From: Sphagnum compactum
Taxonomy: Eukaryota
Assembly (NCBI GenBank): GCA_965153455.1
Contig: OZ234493.1
Location: forward strand, 4,836,001-4,900,000
Length of the DNA: 64,000 bases
Direction of reading: 5' to 3'
Shown piece by piece: positions 14,301 through 27,058 of this stretch (the stretch's first letter is position 1; each line of letters begins with the position of its first letter). The position numbers and the translations under genes were made by a program. The notes below the pieces were generated by a model. That model had not been told where the DNA came from. It searched no databases and worked only from the letters and a program-made list of their open reading frames with translations.

Positions 14301-15184
14301 CCAAGAATAACAAAGAGACTATGGAAATAGTGGATTGCATCAACCTCATGCTAATGGAAATATAAAAAAAGATGCACAAAGATCCAAAAAAAAACATGAA
14401 ATTTTAATTGAAATATGTCAAACAATATAACAATTACACATAAAATGAACAAAACGAACGAATACATGATGAATGTCTTATTTCAACGTAACATTACAAT
14501 GTGTCATACCTTCATCTAAAATAAATCACTTTTGCATCCATTGAACTACACTTAGCTTCAAACTTGTTAGAAAAGAAAAAACAAACGTTCAACTATAAGA
14601 TGATGTTCAACTTGCATATGAAGTACAACCAACATACATTTGAACTCATATAACAATTATCATTCATTAGCAAGTTTAATTCAAAATCACACTAAAAAAA
14701 ACATTTGATTTAATGTGATTCAACACATCAAATACAACTAAAATTCAAAATTAATACATGTTTCATTTCATCAAGAACATTGGTACAATTATAATATCAA
14801 GATTAAAAAATAACAATGCATTATGTGTGGTTTGTTCTTTAAATATTACTCTAGAATCATTCTTTGATCTAATCTTGTAGTTCGGGTTCCATGTCATTGT
14901 TGATTGTTTGTGTTAAGGGAGTAGGCATATTACATTGTTTTTGGGACTTACAAGGCATTATGGATAGGGATAGGTCATTGAATAATTAGCGGTTTGAATT
15001 TGAATTCTTATTGATTCTTGTTTTGTTTTGTTGATTCATGTTGATGGTGACTTGGGGACTGCCCAAGAGTGAAATTTTTGGAAAAATGAAAAACATTCGT
15101 AAACACACAATTTTGGAAGTAAGGATAGAGATGTAGGTACTTTGTAAAGAAACTACAAGTTTTGGTGTTTAATACTACATATTT

Positions 15185-16135
15185 TGACGCACTCCCAAGT
15201 TCCTTGTGGACCCACTTGAGGGTCCAAGTATGGGGCAATGCGGAAGGAGTTGGAACTTGGAGCACGCTCCTGACTTCTAGCACTAGAGGGGGGGTGAGAG
15301 GGGTGTGCTAGAAGTCCCGGGATAGACTAGGAAGAATTGACAAGCTTTACTCACTCACACGGGCCTGCATGAAACCACACAAAGTGGTTAGAACTCATTC
15401 TGGGTCCTTTTGGTGTTGGGACAGCCACGGGTGAACTCGGACTCACTTTGACACACCACACCCCGGGCTCGGGAGTAAGCCACCACCTTACTCCCTATAG
15501 TATACTCTGTGACTCGTCGCGGGGGTGGCATCCAAATGGCCATTTTGTCCCGGGACTCCCGGGACTCCCGCGTGGGAGTCCCGAAATCGTGCATTTTCGG
15601 GACTCCCGCAACTTTGAAGCTTCGTAACTATCGGAGCAGACCTCCGATCGACTCGCCGTCTGAAGCAAAGTTGTAGGTCTCGTCGAGACCTTTCCAACGA
15701 TATGTCGCACGTTTTCTGCAGCCAAGTATTTCGGGTCGATTCCCGACTTTTAGTGGTCGGGAGTCAAAATTGGCGGACTCCCGGGAGTTCGACTCCCGGA
15801 CCGTCTTTTGGCCATAACTCGTGTTTCAGATGTTCAAATGAGCAATGTGAGCCCATTTTAGACATCTACACTTCAAGAGTTTTCCATTGATGTAAAGAGC
15901 GCAACAAGCCATTGAGTTTTGACCCGTCAAAATGCTCTCTGAAGTTTCGGGAGTCCTTTTGGGACTCCACTCTCACCAACTCCCAACATGGGAGTTCACT
16001 TGGGAGTGTGAGGGTTCACTCCCTCACACTCTTTGCACTCCCGGGAGCATGTGATATGACCCCCGGGTCTACTTATAGGCCCGCACACTTGCGACCCCCT
16101 TGCCTTGGTCGCGAGCCAAGGCTAGGGTTGTGACA
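15185..16135 (-). mobile_element. Young solo LTR (951 bp)
   Basis: TG...CA termini (TGACGCAC...GTTGTGACA) with a perfect 5-bp TSD TATTT (15180-15184, 16136-16140). GC-rich with CpGs intact, no coding interior. Homologous to 21510-22414. Strand is inferred. Confidence 0.9.
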
Positions 16136-16739
16136 TATTTAGTTTTGTTGTTTGATTACACTTCAATAGAACAAGGATTTTGCTATAATTTTGTTGATTT
16201 TTTTAATAAACTAGGAAGTACAAACTTCTTCATGGATGTCCATATTGAATTTCTTGTGTGAATCATTTGTTGTATTATCATATCAAGAAAATGAATTGTA
16301 TTTCTATTTGTAGTTGTTTTTCATTGAATTTTGGAGTATAAATTTTGGTTATTATAAATAACCATGAATTTGGTGTGTTTTTTTTATGGATTGCAAATAT
16401 ATGTGTGTTTAGAATCAGTGTATAATTGTGAATGAGTATACATTTGTAGTGCAAATATGTTGTTACAGTAAGTGTGGAATAGTTATGGAAGAATTAAATC
16501 CACATCTACCATTTGGCAACCATCTTTTGAATTATTTTTTTTACAAAAACAAGAGGGTTTTATGCATTTTCCATTGTCTATATTATAGATGAGGGTGTTA
16601 AGAAAAATAATTTAGTTTTCAATTCATATTTAAAAGGGGTATGTTAGAAAGCACTAGAGGTTTAAGTGGTTGAAGCCGTAAGGACTACATAGTGATTTAC
16701 AAATTATAAAGAAGAAAGGATTGTGAAACAAGATGAATC

Positions 16740-19700
16740 AAATGGTAATTCAAAGTTTACATTGACAATTAGATTTGGAAGCAAATCATCAAGGTCCTGA
16801 AGGAGAAATAGAAAACAATCATGAAAATGGAAGGGAATATGCGAGAATTATAGAAACCCCATATCAGATTCTGATGTTGGAAAGATGAGTTCTGAGAACA
16901 AATGACAGACATGCAGGACAAAGGTCGTGTCTACCACAAGAGGTGGTAAGGCGTGAAGTATGGTTTGGTGTTCTTTAGAGAAGGCACAATCACAGATGAT
17001 GATCTCCACAAAAAGAGATGTAATGGAATATTCACCCAAATGAATTGGTGCAATATACTTCTTAGTTGCAATCTATGGTTTAAAGTCACAAAGATTAAAA
17101 CGGAACATGGACTTTTGTAGTACTTGATCAGTCACAAGAAACTTCAAGTCCAAAATCAGTGACTAGCCAAGGAAGGGATATTAAATCCATGTTTGTGTAC
17201 CAATCTACATCTCTAGGTTATTATGAACTAGTGGAAGACTAGGAGGTGGAAGAAAACACCAATATTAATGTGCTTGAGGAGATTGAAGAAAACTACTTAA
17301 GATCATTTGAATATGCAAAAGCATAGGTGAATGTGTTGGATGAAGTACCACAATCACACTCACATTAAATAAATCTAGAGTTGGATCAAACAAAGTAAAT
17401 AGCTGAAATTAGGGATCATGAATATATGGATTTGGAGGTAACCAGATTATTTTCAAGAGTGTGTGCATTCAGTGAAGAAGAAAGACATGCGATCATGGAT
17501 TATCCTTTTGTGCCTTTTCACATAAGAGCAGGCATTGCTAGACATGTGGAACTACAAAATGTGGCAAAATCATTAATGGATCAATCACAGGAGCAAGAAC
17601 CATGAATTCCTATAGTCTAAAACAAATTGAGAAGCATGGAGTTGGGAGTTAATCGATTGGGACCACAAAGTCAAAATATTCGTCCATCTATTCAATTCAA
17701 GAGCAAAGTACCAGAGGTGCATTTACATCCATATTCTGCACCATAGAGGATACTAATGGGTAACCACAGAATGGGGCATCATCAAACTCGAATTACCTCA
17801 ACTTCACTAAAAGTGTTAGAAGTGGCAATTGTTGAAATTTAAAAATAACCTACTGGAATAGAGGTTACTTAACCACTTATTGTTGTAATACCAACCATAG
17901 GAGAGGAAATTGTTGCACCCAACACAAATTTTGTCAAAGGTGGAGTACTAATTGGATCTGCAACGAACTTGGGTCGTGCATTAGGTGGGGTTTTGATGAG
18001 AAGGAATTTGAATAAAAGTTCTGGACTACAAGTAGCAATTATTGGAGTTGTTGGGTCACCCCAGATGGTGTTTACCAATCCAATAATGACTATTCATGTA
18101 AATAGGATTATAGATCGACCATCAATGAGCTTAATAAATGTTGAATGGTACATAAATACAGATGCAAGAAATTAAGGAGGAGGATATCAGGAACCATCTA
18201 TTGTAAATTCAAGAATCCCCGATCACAGAAATGGCCATTCTGTGAGGCCAAACAAGGTAGTTCTTAAGTACCCTGACTTCAAAAAGATGTTAACCCAGAT
18301 GCTCTTGTTAGAGTGTTCAATTTTGCAGTGAAGGTAAATGTAAAAACCTCTAAAGAATATATCATCACTGCGTTTAGATATATGCTAAGAGATACAACAT
18401 CGAACTAGTGCCATAATTACGTGTCAAATTTTCCTGACTATATTTTTTCAAAGCTTACATAAGCATTTTGCAAACGTCATCGAAAAACTCAAAATGATGA
18501 GCAAATATACATGGAATTGAAGAAAATGAAACATGAGGAGATTGAGAGGGTAGAGGTTTACTATGAGTGGGTTTAGAAGTTGGTTCATGGTTTACAAGTA
18601 CCAACCACAAATATTTTTTAACTATTGTGTTTAGGACAAGCTTGCAATCATACCTTAGAATTGCGATTGTAGGGATGAAGAGGTCAATAGTACAATAGCA
18701 TAAGGAGGCGACGATGTTGTGTGAAAAAGGAATGACTACTGCTAAAATAAAAAGCGCACTTTCAATACCACTTAGTACTAAATAGGCAGCACCACCAAAA
18801 ACACAGAGTAATGTAGGGAAGACTAACAAATATTACACAAACTATGGAATGATTAATCACAATGTGGAGACATGCAGAAATAAGAAGGAACAGACCATAG
18901 TGGCAACCACAAAAGCAGCACAATAGATTCAAAACCACATAAAACATTTTCATATGCATGCCACATTTGTGGTTTGAATGGACATAAAATGATAGACTAT
19001 CCAAAGTTTATAAAGATACATAAGATGTTTCATGGGAAATTTGTGATAGTAGAAGTTCAACTTGTTGTTGAGATATTATAAACAATCAACACAGATGTGA
19101 ATGTGGTGGATGTTAATGTTAAAACAAGAAGTAAAGCAACTAAAGAACACATGTTCAAGGATGTAGAACAAAGGAAAGCAAATAGTGTTGTTGACAAGCA
19201 GAAAGAAAAATGGTTGAAGAAATCAATGGTGGAAACAACTCCACAAGTTCAGAAAACATAGACCCAGGCAAAAGGGCCATCCACATCCATGGAGGGATGG
19301 AACACAACCTGGCCAGGTATGCCAAATATTATTCTTGTAAATGCACATAAATCTTAGGAGGTAGTGAATTCACAATAAAAATTGATTATAATAGAAGAGA
19401 TTTTTTAGGACATTAATAAGCAAATGCTAGAAACAAGTTATACTTTAAACTTGGGACAATTGTTCGAAATAGTTCCTAAATTAAGGAGGTATTTTTGGTA
19501 GAAGCTAAAACCAGAGAAAACTCAGAATCTGAATAGAGCAACCACATAGAAACAAGTTAGTTCTTTAGTGCAAAAGGTAGGGACAACTATTGTAGCAATA
19601 GATAATCATATGGCAATTATCCAAGTATAGATTGGGAAGAATATAATAGAGGATACGTTGTTGGATGGAGGTTCTAAAGTTAATATCATCACAAAACCTA

Positions 19701-22700
19701 GTTGAGATTGAAGTTGGGGCTTCCAAAGCCTAAACCTACACCATATAATCTGAAGATGACAATTCAAACAACCACAAAACCAATGGGTTTGATTAGAGAT
19801 TTGAAGATATATGTTCATGGCATTCCTTATATAATTACGTTTACTGTATTTCAAAGCAATGTGGTAGATTCTAGTTATTCCATGTTGTTGGGAAGACCAT
19901 GGTTGAGGGATGTTAAAGTGGCACATGAATGGGGGAGTAACACTTTACCATATAAGGGAATGGGACAGTCAGAACAATTACTATCATGAAGCATTTGGGA
20001 GGTGAAGTAAGAAGACCATAAATGTTACTATGCTACGACTATTAAAATGGTATCACAAATGAAGAAGAAGATGTCATCTTTGCTACAGAGGCAGAGTTGT
20101 TCTCAATAGGAACAATTAGTTTACTTGAGATAATTCCATATGTGAAAACCATAGATGTGTAGATCTTGGATACTAGTGTGAAGACTAGTAATTTAGAGCT
20201 ACAATCGGAGGTACAAATTACAAAACAGAAGACAACTAACAATATAAATGAACCATACGTAGCTCTAGAGGATAAGGTGTATCCTAAGACGTACTATAAT
20301 CATCAACCATGGAGAGTTGCAATGGACGAAACTCTAGCAAAAATCAATGCATAGGAATTATAGATAGTTGGATGGACGTTAACTCAAGACCAACAATTGA
20401 TGAAACTCAAGTTGGGAATTGATACAAAACCATAATTAGTGAAGATTAATGCACAGTTGGAAATAGGCAAAATATTGGAAGTGGAGCAGCTATTGAAGGA
20501 GTTCAAAGATGTTTTTACATGGACATACAAAGATCTAAAAGGGATTCCACCAGAGTTTGCACAACACAAAATTGAGTTGGATATTATTATACCATTAGCA
20601 CATCAGGCCATGTACAAATTAATTCCAAACTATGCTACAACAATTAAACAATATATTGATAAATTATTAGCAACTAAATTCATCCAATATGTAGAGGAGG
20701 CTACATGATTATCACCCATAATGGTAGTACCCAAGAATAATGGCAAATTGAAAATTTGTATAGATTTCAAAAAACTAAATGCAACCACAATGGAGGATCC
20801 ATACCCATTACCTTTTACAAATGAAGTTTTGAACACAATACTAGGATATGAAACATATTCCTTCTTAGATGGGTATTCGGGATATCATCAAATTTCTATA
20901 GCTTTAGAGGATAGATACAATACTGCATTTGTTACAGACTCGAGAGCTTTCATATGGAAGGTGATGTTGTTTGGAATTAAAAATGGACCTTTAACATATT
21001 AGAGAGTTATTACCAAAACATTCAGAGAATATTTGGATAATTTTATGAAGATATTTCTAGATGACTTTATAATGTACAATGATATGGATAATCATATGTA
21101 AAAGCTGAAATTATGTTTTCAAAAGTGCAGAGAATATGGCATTAATTTGAATCTAGACAAATGTGCATTCATAGTATTTTCAGGAATGATATTGGATTTT
21201 ATTCTTTCCAAAAAAAAGAAACTACTAGATCCAAAGAAGATATAAATAATAGTAAACATGCCACCACCTAAGAATCCATAGCAAATTCAAGAATTCAATG
21301 GTATGGCACAATATTATAAATGTTTCATCAAAACCTTTGTTACTATTATGGCACCTATCACTAAACCGACCAAAAAAACATGAACTTTTCTTGGATAGAA
21401 GGGTGTCAGAAGGTTTGGGAGTTGATCAAACAAAAATATATAGAAGCACCGATATTAATATCACTAAACTAGCAGGTGGAATTTCATGTTCATACATATG
21501 CATCATTACTAACGCACCCCCACATTCCTTGAAAGATTCAAATGCAAATTCAAAAGTGATAACAACAGAAGAAAAAAGAGTCGGGGTACACTCCCTAGCT
21601 CGTAGCACTTTGAGGGTAAAAGGGCGTGCTATAGCTCCGGGATGGGGACTAGGGTGAATGACAAGTGAATTAATTATTCACAAGGACTTGCACAAACCAA
21701 ACAACAAATTGGTTAGTGCATAGTTAGAACACTTTTGGTGCACGGATGAGCCATGGGCATACATGGACTCACAAGACTCACCACAACCTAAATTTCGGAG
21801 AAGCCACCACCTTCCTTCTTATAGTATTTTCTATGATTAGTCACAAGGGTTGCATCCAAATGTTATTTTGTCATGGGACTCCCAAGTTGAGAGTCTTGAA
21901 ATTCTAGAGATTGGGGATTTTGACACTTTGGAGGGCTATAACTTCTTGTGCAACTCTAATTGAGGTGAAGTCTAAAACAAAGTTGTAGTCCTTGTTCAAA
22001 GCTTTTCAAGGATATGTGACATGCCACCTGAACGCACATATTTCAAGGCAATTCCTGACGTTTAGTGGTTGGGAATCAAATTGGCATTTTGATTTCCAGC
22101 CTTTTTTTGACCATAACATGTGTTTTAAGTACTCACATGGGTCATGCGAACCGATTTTAAACATCTAGGTTTCAATTTCTTTCCAATGGTATAAGGACTT
22201 GTTTAATTTAATGCGGTTTGGCCTTTGAAATACTTCTTTGAAGATTCAAGACTCCATAGGGATTCCGATTCTCAAAGTGGGAGTCCACTTGGGAGTGTGT
22301 GGGTTCATTCCCTCACACTTCTGGGAGTGCAAATGTGACTCCCAAGTTGCATTTTTGGCTTGCACCTTTCGATGCTTTTGCCTTAGTCACGAGCCCAAGG
22401 CTAGGGTCGTAACAATTATTAGTTGTAGGAGCTATGTTGTCTCATAATTTGACAAGAAAGAGTGATCAACTAGTGGTTTATGCTTCTAGATTTTTGAACA
22501 GAGTAGAACATTATTATAACATAACAAAAAAAAAAACTTTAGTAATGGTTTTTTTTGCATAAGTTTAGACATTATTTGTTGGGTAATAAATTTGTTTTTT
22601 ATGTAGATCATATGGCATTAGTCTATTTGGTCAACGAACCACAGGTTTCAAGGATAATAACTAGGTGGATATTATTGTTCTTATAATACTACTTCACAAT

Positions 22701-22850
22701 AATGTATATACTAGGTAGAACTCATGTAGTTGCAGATGCATTGTCAAAACTACTAAAAATTACAGAACCCATAGGTGTGCCTGATCAAACCATAGATGTA
22801 AAATTGTTTTACATAAAGCTTGAATGGTCGAATGATGTTATTTATATTAA
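16740..22850 (+). mobile_element. Decayed Ty3/gypsy LTR retrotransposon gag-pol, truncated before integrase
   Basis: Gag (KYPDFKK...QNDEQIYMELK, ~18265-18530); zinc knuckle CHICGLNGH (~18960); protease LLDGGSKVNII (~19660); RT (KICIDFKKLN, FLDGYSGYHQI, IFLDDF ~21052); RNase H split by a solo LTR, then HVVADALS (~22725). Order PR-RT-RH. Many stops and frameshifts. Confidence 0.9.
21510..22414 (-). mobile_element. Older solo LTR of the same family as 15185-16135, nested in gypsy RNase H
   Basis: Termini TAACGCAC...GTCGTAACA with TSD ATTAC/ATTAT. Removing it restores FHVHTYASL-LVVGAMLS. Confidence 0.88.
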
Positions 22851-24961
22851 AATTATATTAAAATATATACTAAGTCAAAAATTGATGTGTTTTATTTTAA
22901 TCAATTCTTGCATAATTTTTAAAATCTCATTAAATTAAAATTTAAAGGAATTGAAGTTAATGATTTGTATGTTTATCAAACAAATTTCATGTAAAAAACT
23001 ATTCATATGAAAATTTCTTTACATTTCACAATGCTATGAAACCTCGCAATACAAAAAGGCAAGTGACAACCCAAAAAAAAAATGATATGGAAACATGATA
23101 AATCAGTTACCCAACATTCATATTTTGAGAAGAAACCCAACAAGTAAATGGGTAGACTTCAAACAACCCATCAATTGGATGGGTGCACCCAAAATCCACA
23201 CATGCCCATCCATTAGCTTGGGCCATAAGAAAATTACATGTAAACCTATGACCTTATCCATTCAGCCAACTTTTGATTCTCCCACCCCTATACCCACTCA
23301 GAAGGTGTTCCCTCGATGCCTCTGTGGGACAGAGCCACTAAAGATTATTCATGAGCAACAATGGATGCAAGGCAAATCCAAAACTTGGGGTGAAGCTGTT
23401 TCAAGGAGGACCAATTTAGGTTAGAAAAACACCCCCTTTTTTTCCAACATATTAAGGTGAGAAAGTAATTTGATCCCTTCTTTCTTTTTCTTTTCTTTTT
23501 TTCAATAGAGTTATCCTCAAAGTCAGCCAAATTGAGGACAAGAACCCTGGGTATGGTTGGAATTAAGGATGTGAGGAAAAAATTGTTATGAAAAAATACA
23601 TTGTTAGAAAACAGCAGTTCAAACTCCTCTTACCAGCAAAATGATGACATTTTGAATTTCATCCTGCATCCTCAATTTTCCTTAGGCATCTCTCAATCTT
23701 ACCACTAACTACTCTAAAAAGTTTTCAATTCTTTTGCAAGAAATTGTATTTGGTACTCAATTTTCAGTATTTCATCCTGCCTGTAAACCCACTTTATAAA
23801 TAAGCAACAATTGAGGATGAAACCAAGGATTGAGAATGAAATTAAGGTCCAGATTGAGGATCACCTTAAGAATAGCTCTCATGTAGAGTTTTCATCCTGA
23901 CATTGGATTGCATCCCCAATTTTAGGGTATCTTTATGATTAAGTTTAATCTTATGAACTCTGTGAGAAACTTTTGTAGAACAGGCATTTTGAAGGTACCA
24001 TGTATAGTTGCCTTGTCTACAGAGAGAGGTAAGAAAGAACAGTATGTACCTTCCACATGTGTGAACGTTTCTTCTGGCAAGTGTCTGTCACATGAGAGGT
24101 TCTCAGTTCATTGGAGACTTTGTTGCATGATATGATCAAGTCATATTAGTAGATTTGTCATCTCCTTGAAACCAATTGATATGACAAGTTCTGATATATG
24201 ATCCCCACTGGGTGCAAACTTGGGGTATAGTCTAAGGATATTGATCAATGTGCAGTCATATATGTATGTACTATGTATGACTTACTCTCTCTTTTTGCCA
24301 AGTACTTACCAACATTCTTACCAACATTCGGACCACGACAGTACTTACTGCGGCCATGCTTCTCCTGAAGCGCTTGTCATGCATGTGAATGGGAGGCACA
24401 TTCAATTGGGCAAGTGTTAGGTTCATTGCACGAGATGTACTACTAACTTACCCAGATTCAAGCAAAGCTCTGTTGGGTTATTTTACGTGGTGATTTGGCT
24501 GCAACTTTCCCCTTTTAGCAGATTGTTTCTACCATACCATTTTAAGTCTTATTGAATCCAACTTTGGCTATTTTGGTTTTGAAAAACCACATTAGGCTCC
24601 GTGTTTTGTATTGTTATTGTGGTACTTTTTTTTTTAAGGAGTGGGTGGGTGGGTGTGAGTGTGGGTGACTACACAAGTTGTGTGATTCATTGCAATATTC
24701 CCCTTCTCTTTTGGAAGTTATTCTTTTAACTAAACACTCTTTACACATTGTAGGACTCTTTACTAACAGGTGACGCCTAAGTTCTTGATAGAACATAGAG
24801 TGATGAATAAACTGAGTACACTAGCAAACTGCAAAGTTTCATTTCCAAAGTTTTTGTCTGGATTATGGTATGGTGTACATCCATGCAGGACATGATTAAT
24901 CTTTCAAAACTGGAAGTAAGCAAAATCAGTCAGTAAGTAGTGTAATACATAGTATTACAAA

Positions 24962-25470
24962 CATTGTTTCTTTTTTGGCCGAAATTTCACATTGTGACAA
25001 CAATAAAAAAAAGCCGTGCAACATTTCAAAGGCTTTTCTGAGAAAAAATATGGCACATTTTGGTCCTCACATTATGAGGACTTTAAAAAAAAAAAATCGC
25101 CATATTTAGACAGTAGGTTCTAGCATGTTGCCAACAAATAGTATGATTCTTAAACTTTTTTACTTTCCTCTCTAACCTGTAGCCAAATTTGGCTAAATTT
25201 TCTTTTGGATGATTGCCAACACATCTACATCACAACTTTGAAAGAAAACACTGATTAAAGGTTCACTTAAATCTGTGCACTGTTTTTTTTTTAGTAAAAT
25301 AGAAAAAGTTGTGATGTGGCCGAAGTAGCAATCTTCCTCAAGAAAATTTAGCTAAATCTGGCTATTAAAAAATAAAAGCAGTAAAAAAAATAAAAATTTA
25401 TATTGCTTTCTACCTACTGGAACTCAATGCAGAAGTCTGGAGATTTTTTTTAATTTCGAAATTTGGCGAC
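24962..25470. repeat. Two head-to-head copies of the gatttagccaaatttggcta short repeat
   Basis: 24962-25253 is bounded by CATTGTTT...AAACACTG and carries the minus-strand core. 25280-25470 carries the plus-strand core (aatttagctaaatctggcta). Confidence 0.55.
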
Positions 25471-26925
25471 TAGAAAGTAGTCCTGTGCTCTGAAGTAGCC
25501 TCCTGGATCTCTAGAATTGCAAGTTCACCTAATTCTGCTGACTCAAGTACATTTGTTCCTAAATAATAAAGTTATCCTTAAAGGTATGGCCTGTTGGGCC
25601 TGAGTTGCACCCCTCATTTGATGTTTCATCCCCTCCTGGCTGTTGTCCACAAAGTCACCAACTTTTATTAAATAAGGGTACGACATACTGAGACTTGGGA
25701 TTAAATGCACCATGCTTGGGAACATTTATAGCTACAGTACACATAGCAGCAGCAGTGATTGGTTGAAGGCGTTCAGGAAAATAAAGACCTGAGCAAACTC
25801 AGATTAGCACCAAATTTGTTGCTCAACTGCATAACTGACTGTAATGAGAATTGACACAACCCTATTTTCATCCATGAAGGGAGAGTGACTATTACATTTC
25901 CATCCAAGAAGTGATAGGGTTATGGAATCATTGGGCCCATGAAAGCCAACATAGGTACTTTTTTGGTACCTTGTGCTGAGTAATAGGTTGTTAACTCAAC
26001 GAGGGTTGAAGCTTGGGGGTAATTGCATGTAACTTATCACCTAGTACCCAATCAGGATGTTGAGATTCTCATTATGGTCTGCTATGTGTCGAGTAATGCT
26101 TGAGGAGTGGGGGTGTTCCTGAAGCATCCAATGGAGCTGAGGGGGGCTTACTTTGGGACCATCTTGCTCCTTAGGTGTTACCCTATCAAAACCTATAAGA
26201 TTATATATATTTAAAAATCCTCTTACTACCCAACGGGTATAATGGAGAAAAAGAGGGTGGCTGTTTTGGAACACAAAATGCATGGGCATTTCGTTTTTCA
26301 ACTTGGTCATTGACATCAAAACACTACGCAAGGTTTAGGGTTCAGGAAATTAGAAAAAAATTCAAAGGTTTTTATTAGTGTTAGGCGGCTCTTACTTTTC
26401 AGGAGAACCTTCAATCTCAGTTCCAACTCTTTTTTCTTTTTTTTTGGGGGAAAGAACAGCTAGCTAGAGTTCTAAAATTAAATAAAAAAGAAAGTGATAG
26501 AGCCTCCAGTTCTAGATCTAGTTCTTCACATTTCAAGACTCCTGGTTCCTTGGTCTTCAAAAAACAATTAATGCGCCAAGTCCAGTTTTATCTATGCCCA
26601 AAACCTTTTTTGTTTATTTTAGGTACAAGCATTTTACAACTAATAAAAATCAACCACCTATATCAACTACATGCTCGCACCCCTACCCCCAAATCTATTA
26701 CTTAGAAAATTTAACACTGAATTTTTTAATGAAAAACTAACAACATGTCTAACCACATTGGAAAAAAATTAGTTGTTAAAAAAGTGAAGAATTAGAACAT
26801 GTACAAAATGAATTTTGGTATCAATTTTGGTTCATGATTTAGTTATAGCTAGAGCATAGTTCCCAATTCTAGTTTTAATTCTAATTTTGTTTTTTCAAGA
26901 ATTAAAACTGATGGTCCATCTACCT

Positions 26926-27003
26926 AGTATTAAGTTTGAGAATTGAAACTAGAACTGGAAACGAAGTATTAAGTTTGAGAATTGAAACTAGAACTGGAAA
27001 CGA
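26926..27003. repeat. Perfect 39-bp tandem duplication
   Basis: agtattaagtttgagaattgaaactagaactggaaacga x2. Confidence 0.95.
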
Positions 27004-27058
27004 AACAATGCTAGTTTTTACCAATGTTGGGCAAGTACCCAATTTGTTGGGTTAGAAC

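Noticed and set aside
11400-14870. Host gene in the short ORFs
   Set aside because: AT-rich decayed sequence, probably TE-derived. I found no assignable motif or exon chain.
15388-16133. Protein-coding ORFs on both strands
   Set aside because: They lie wholly within a GC-rich solo LTR.
24130-24205. miRNA-like hairpin
   Set aside because: The stem is short and bulged, with no recognisable miRNA.
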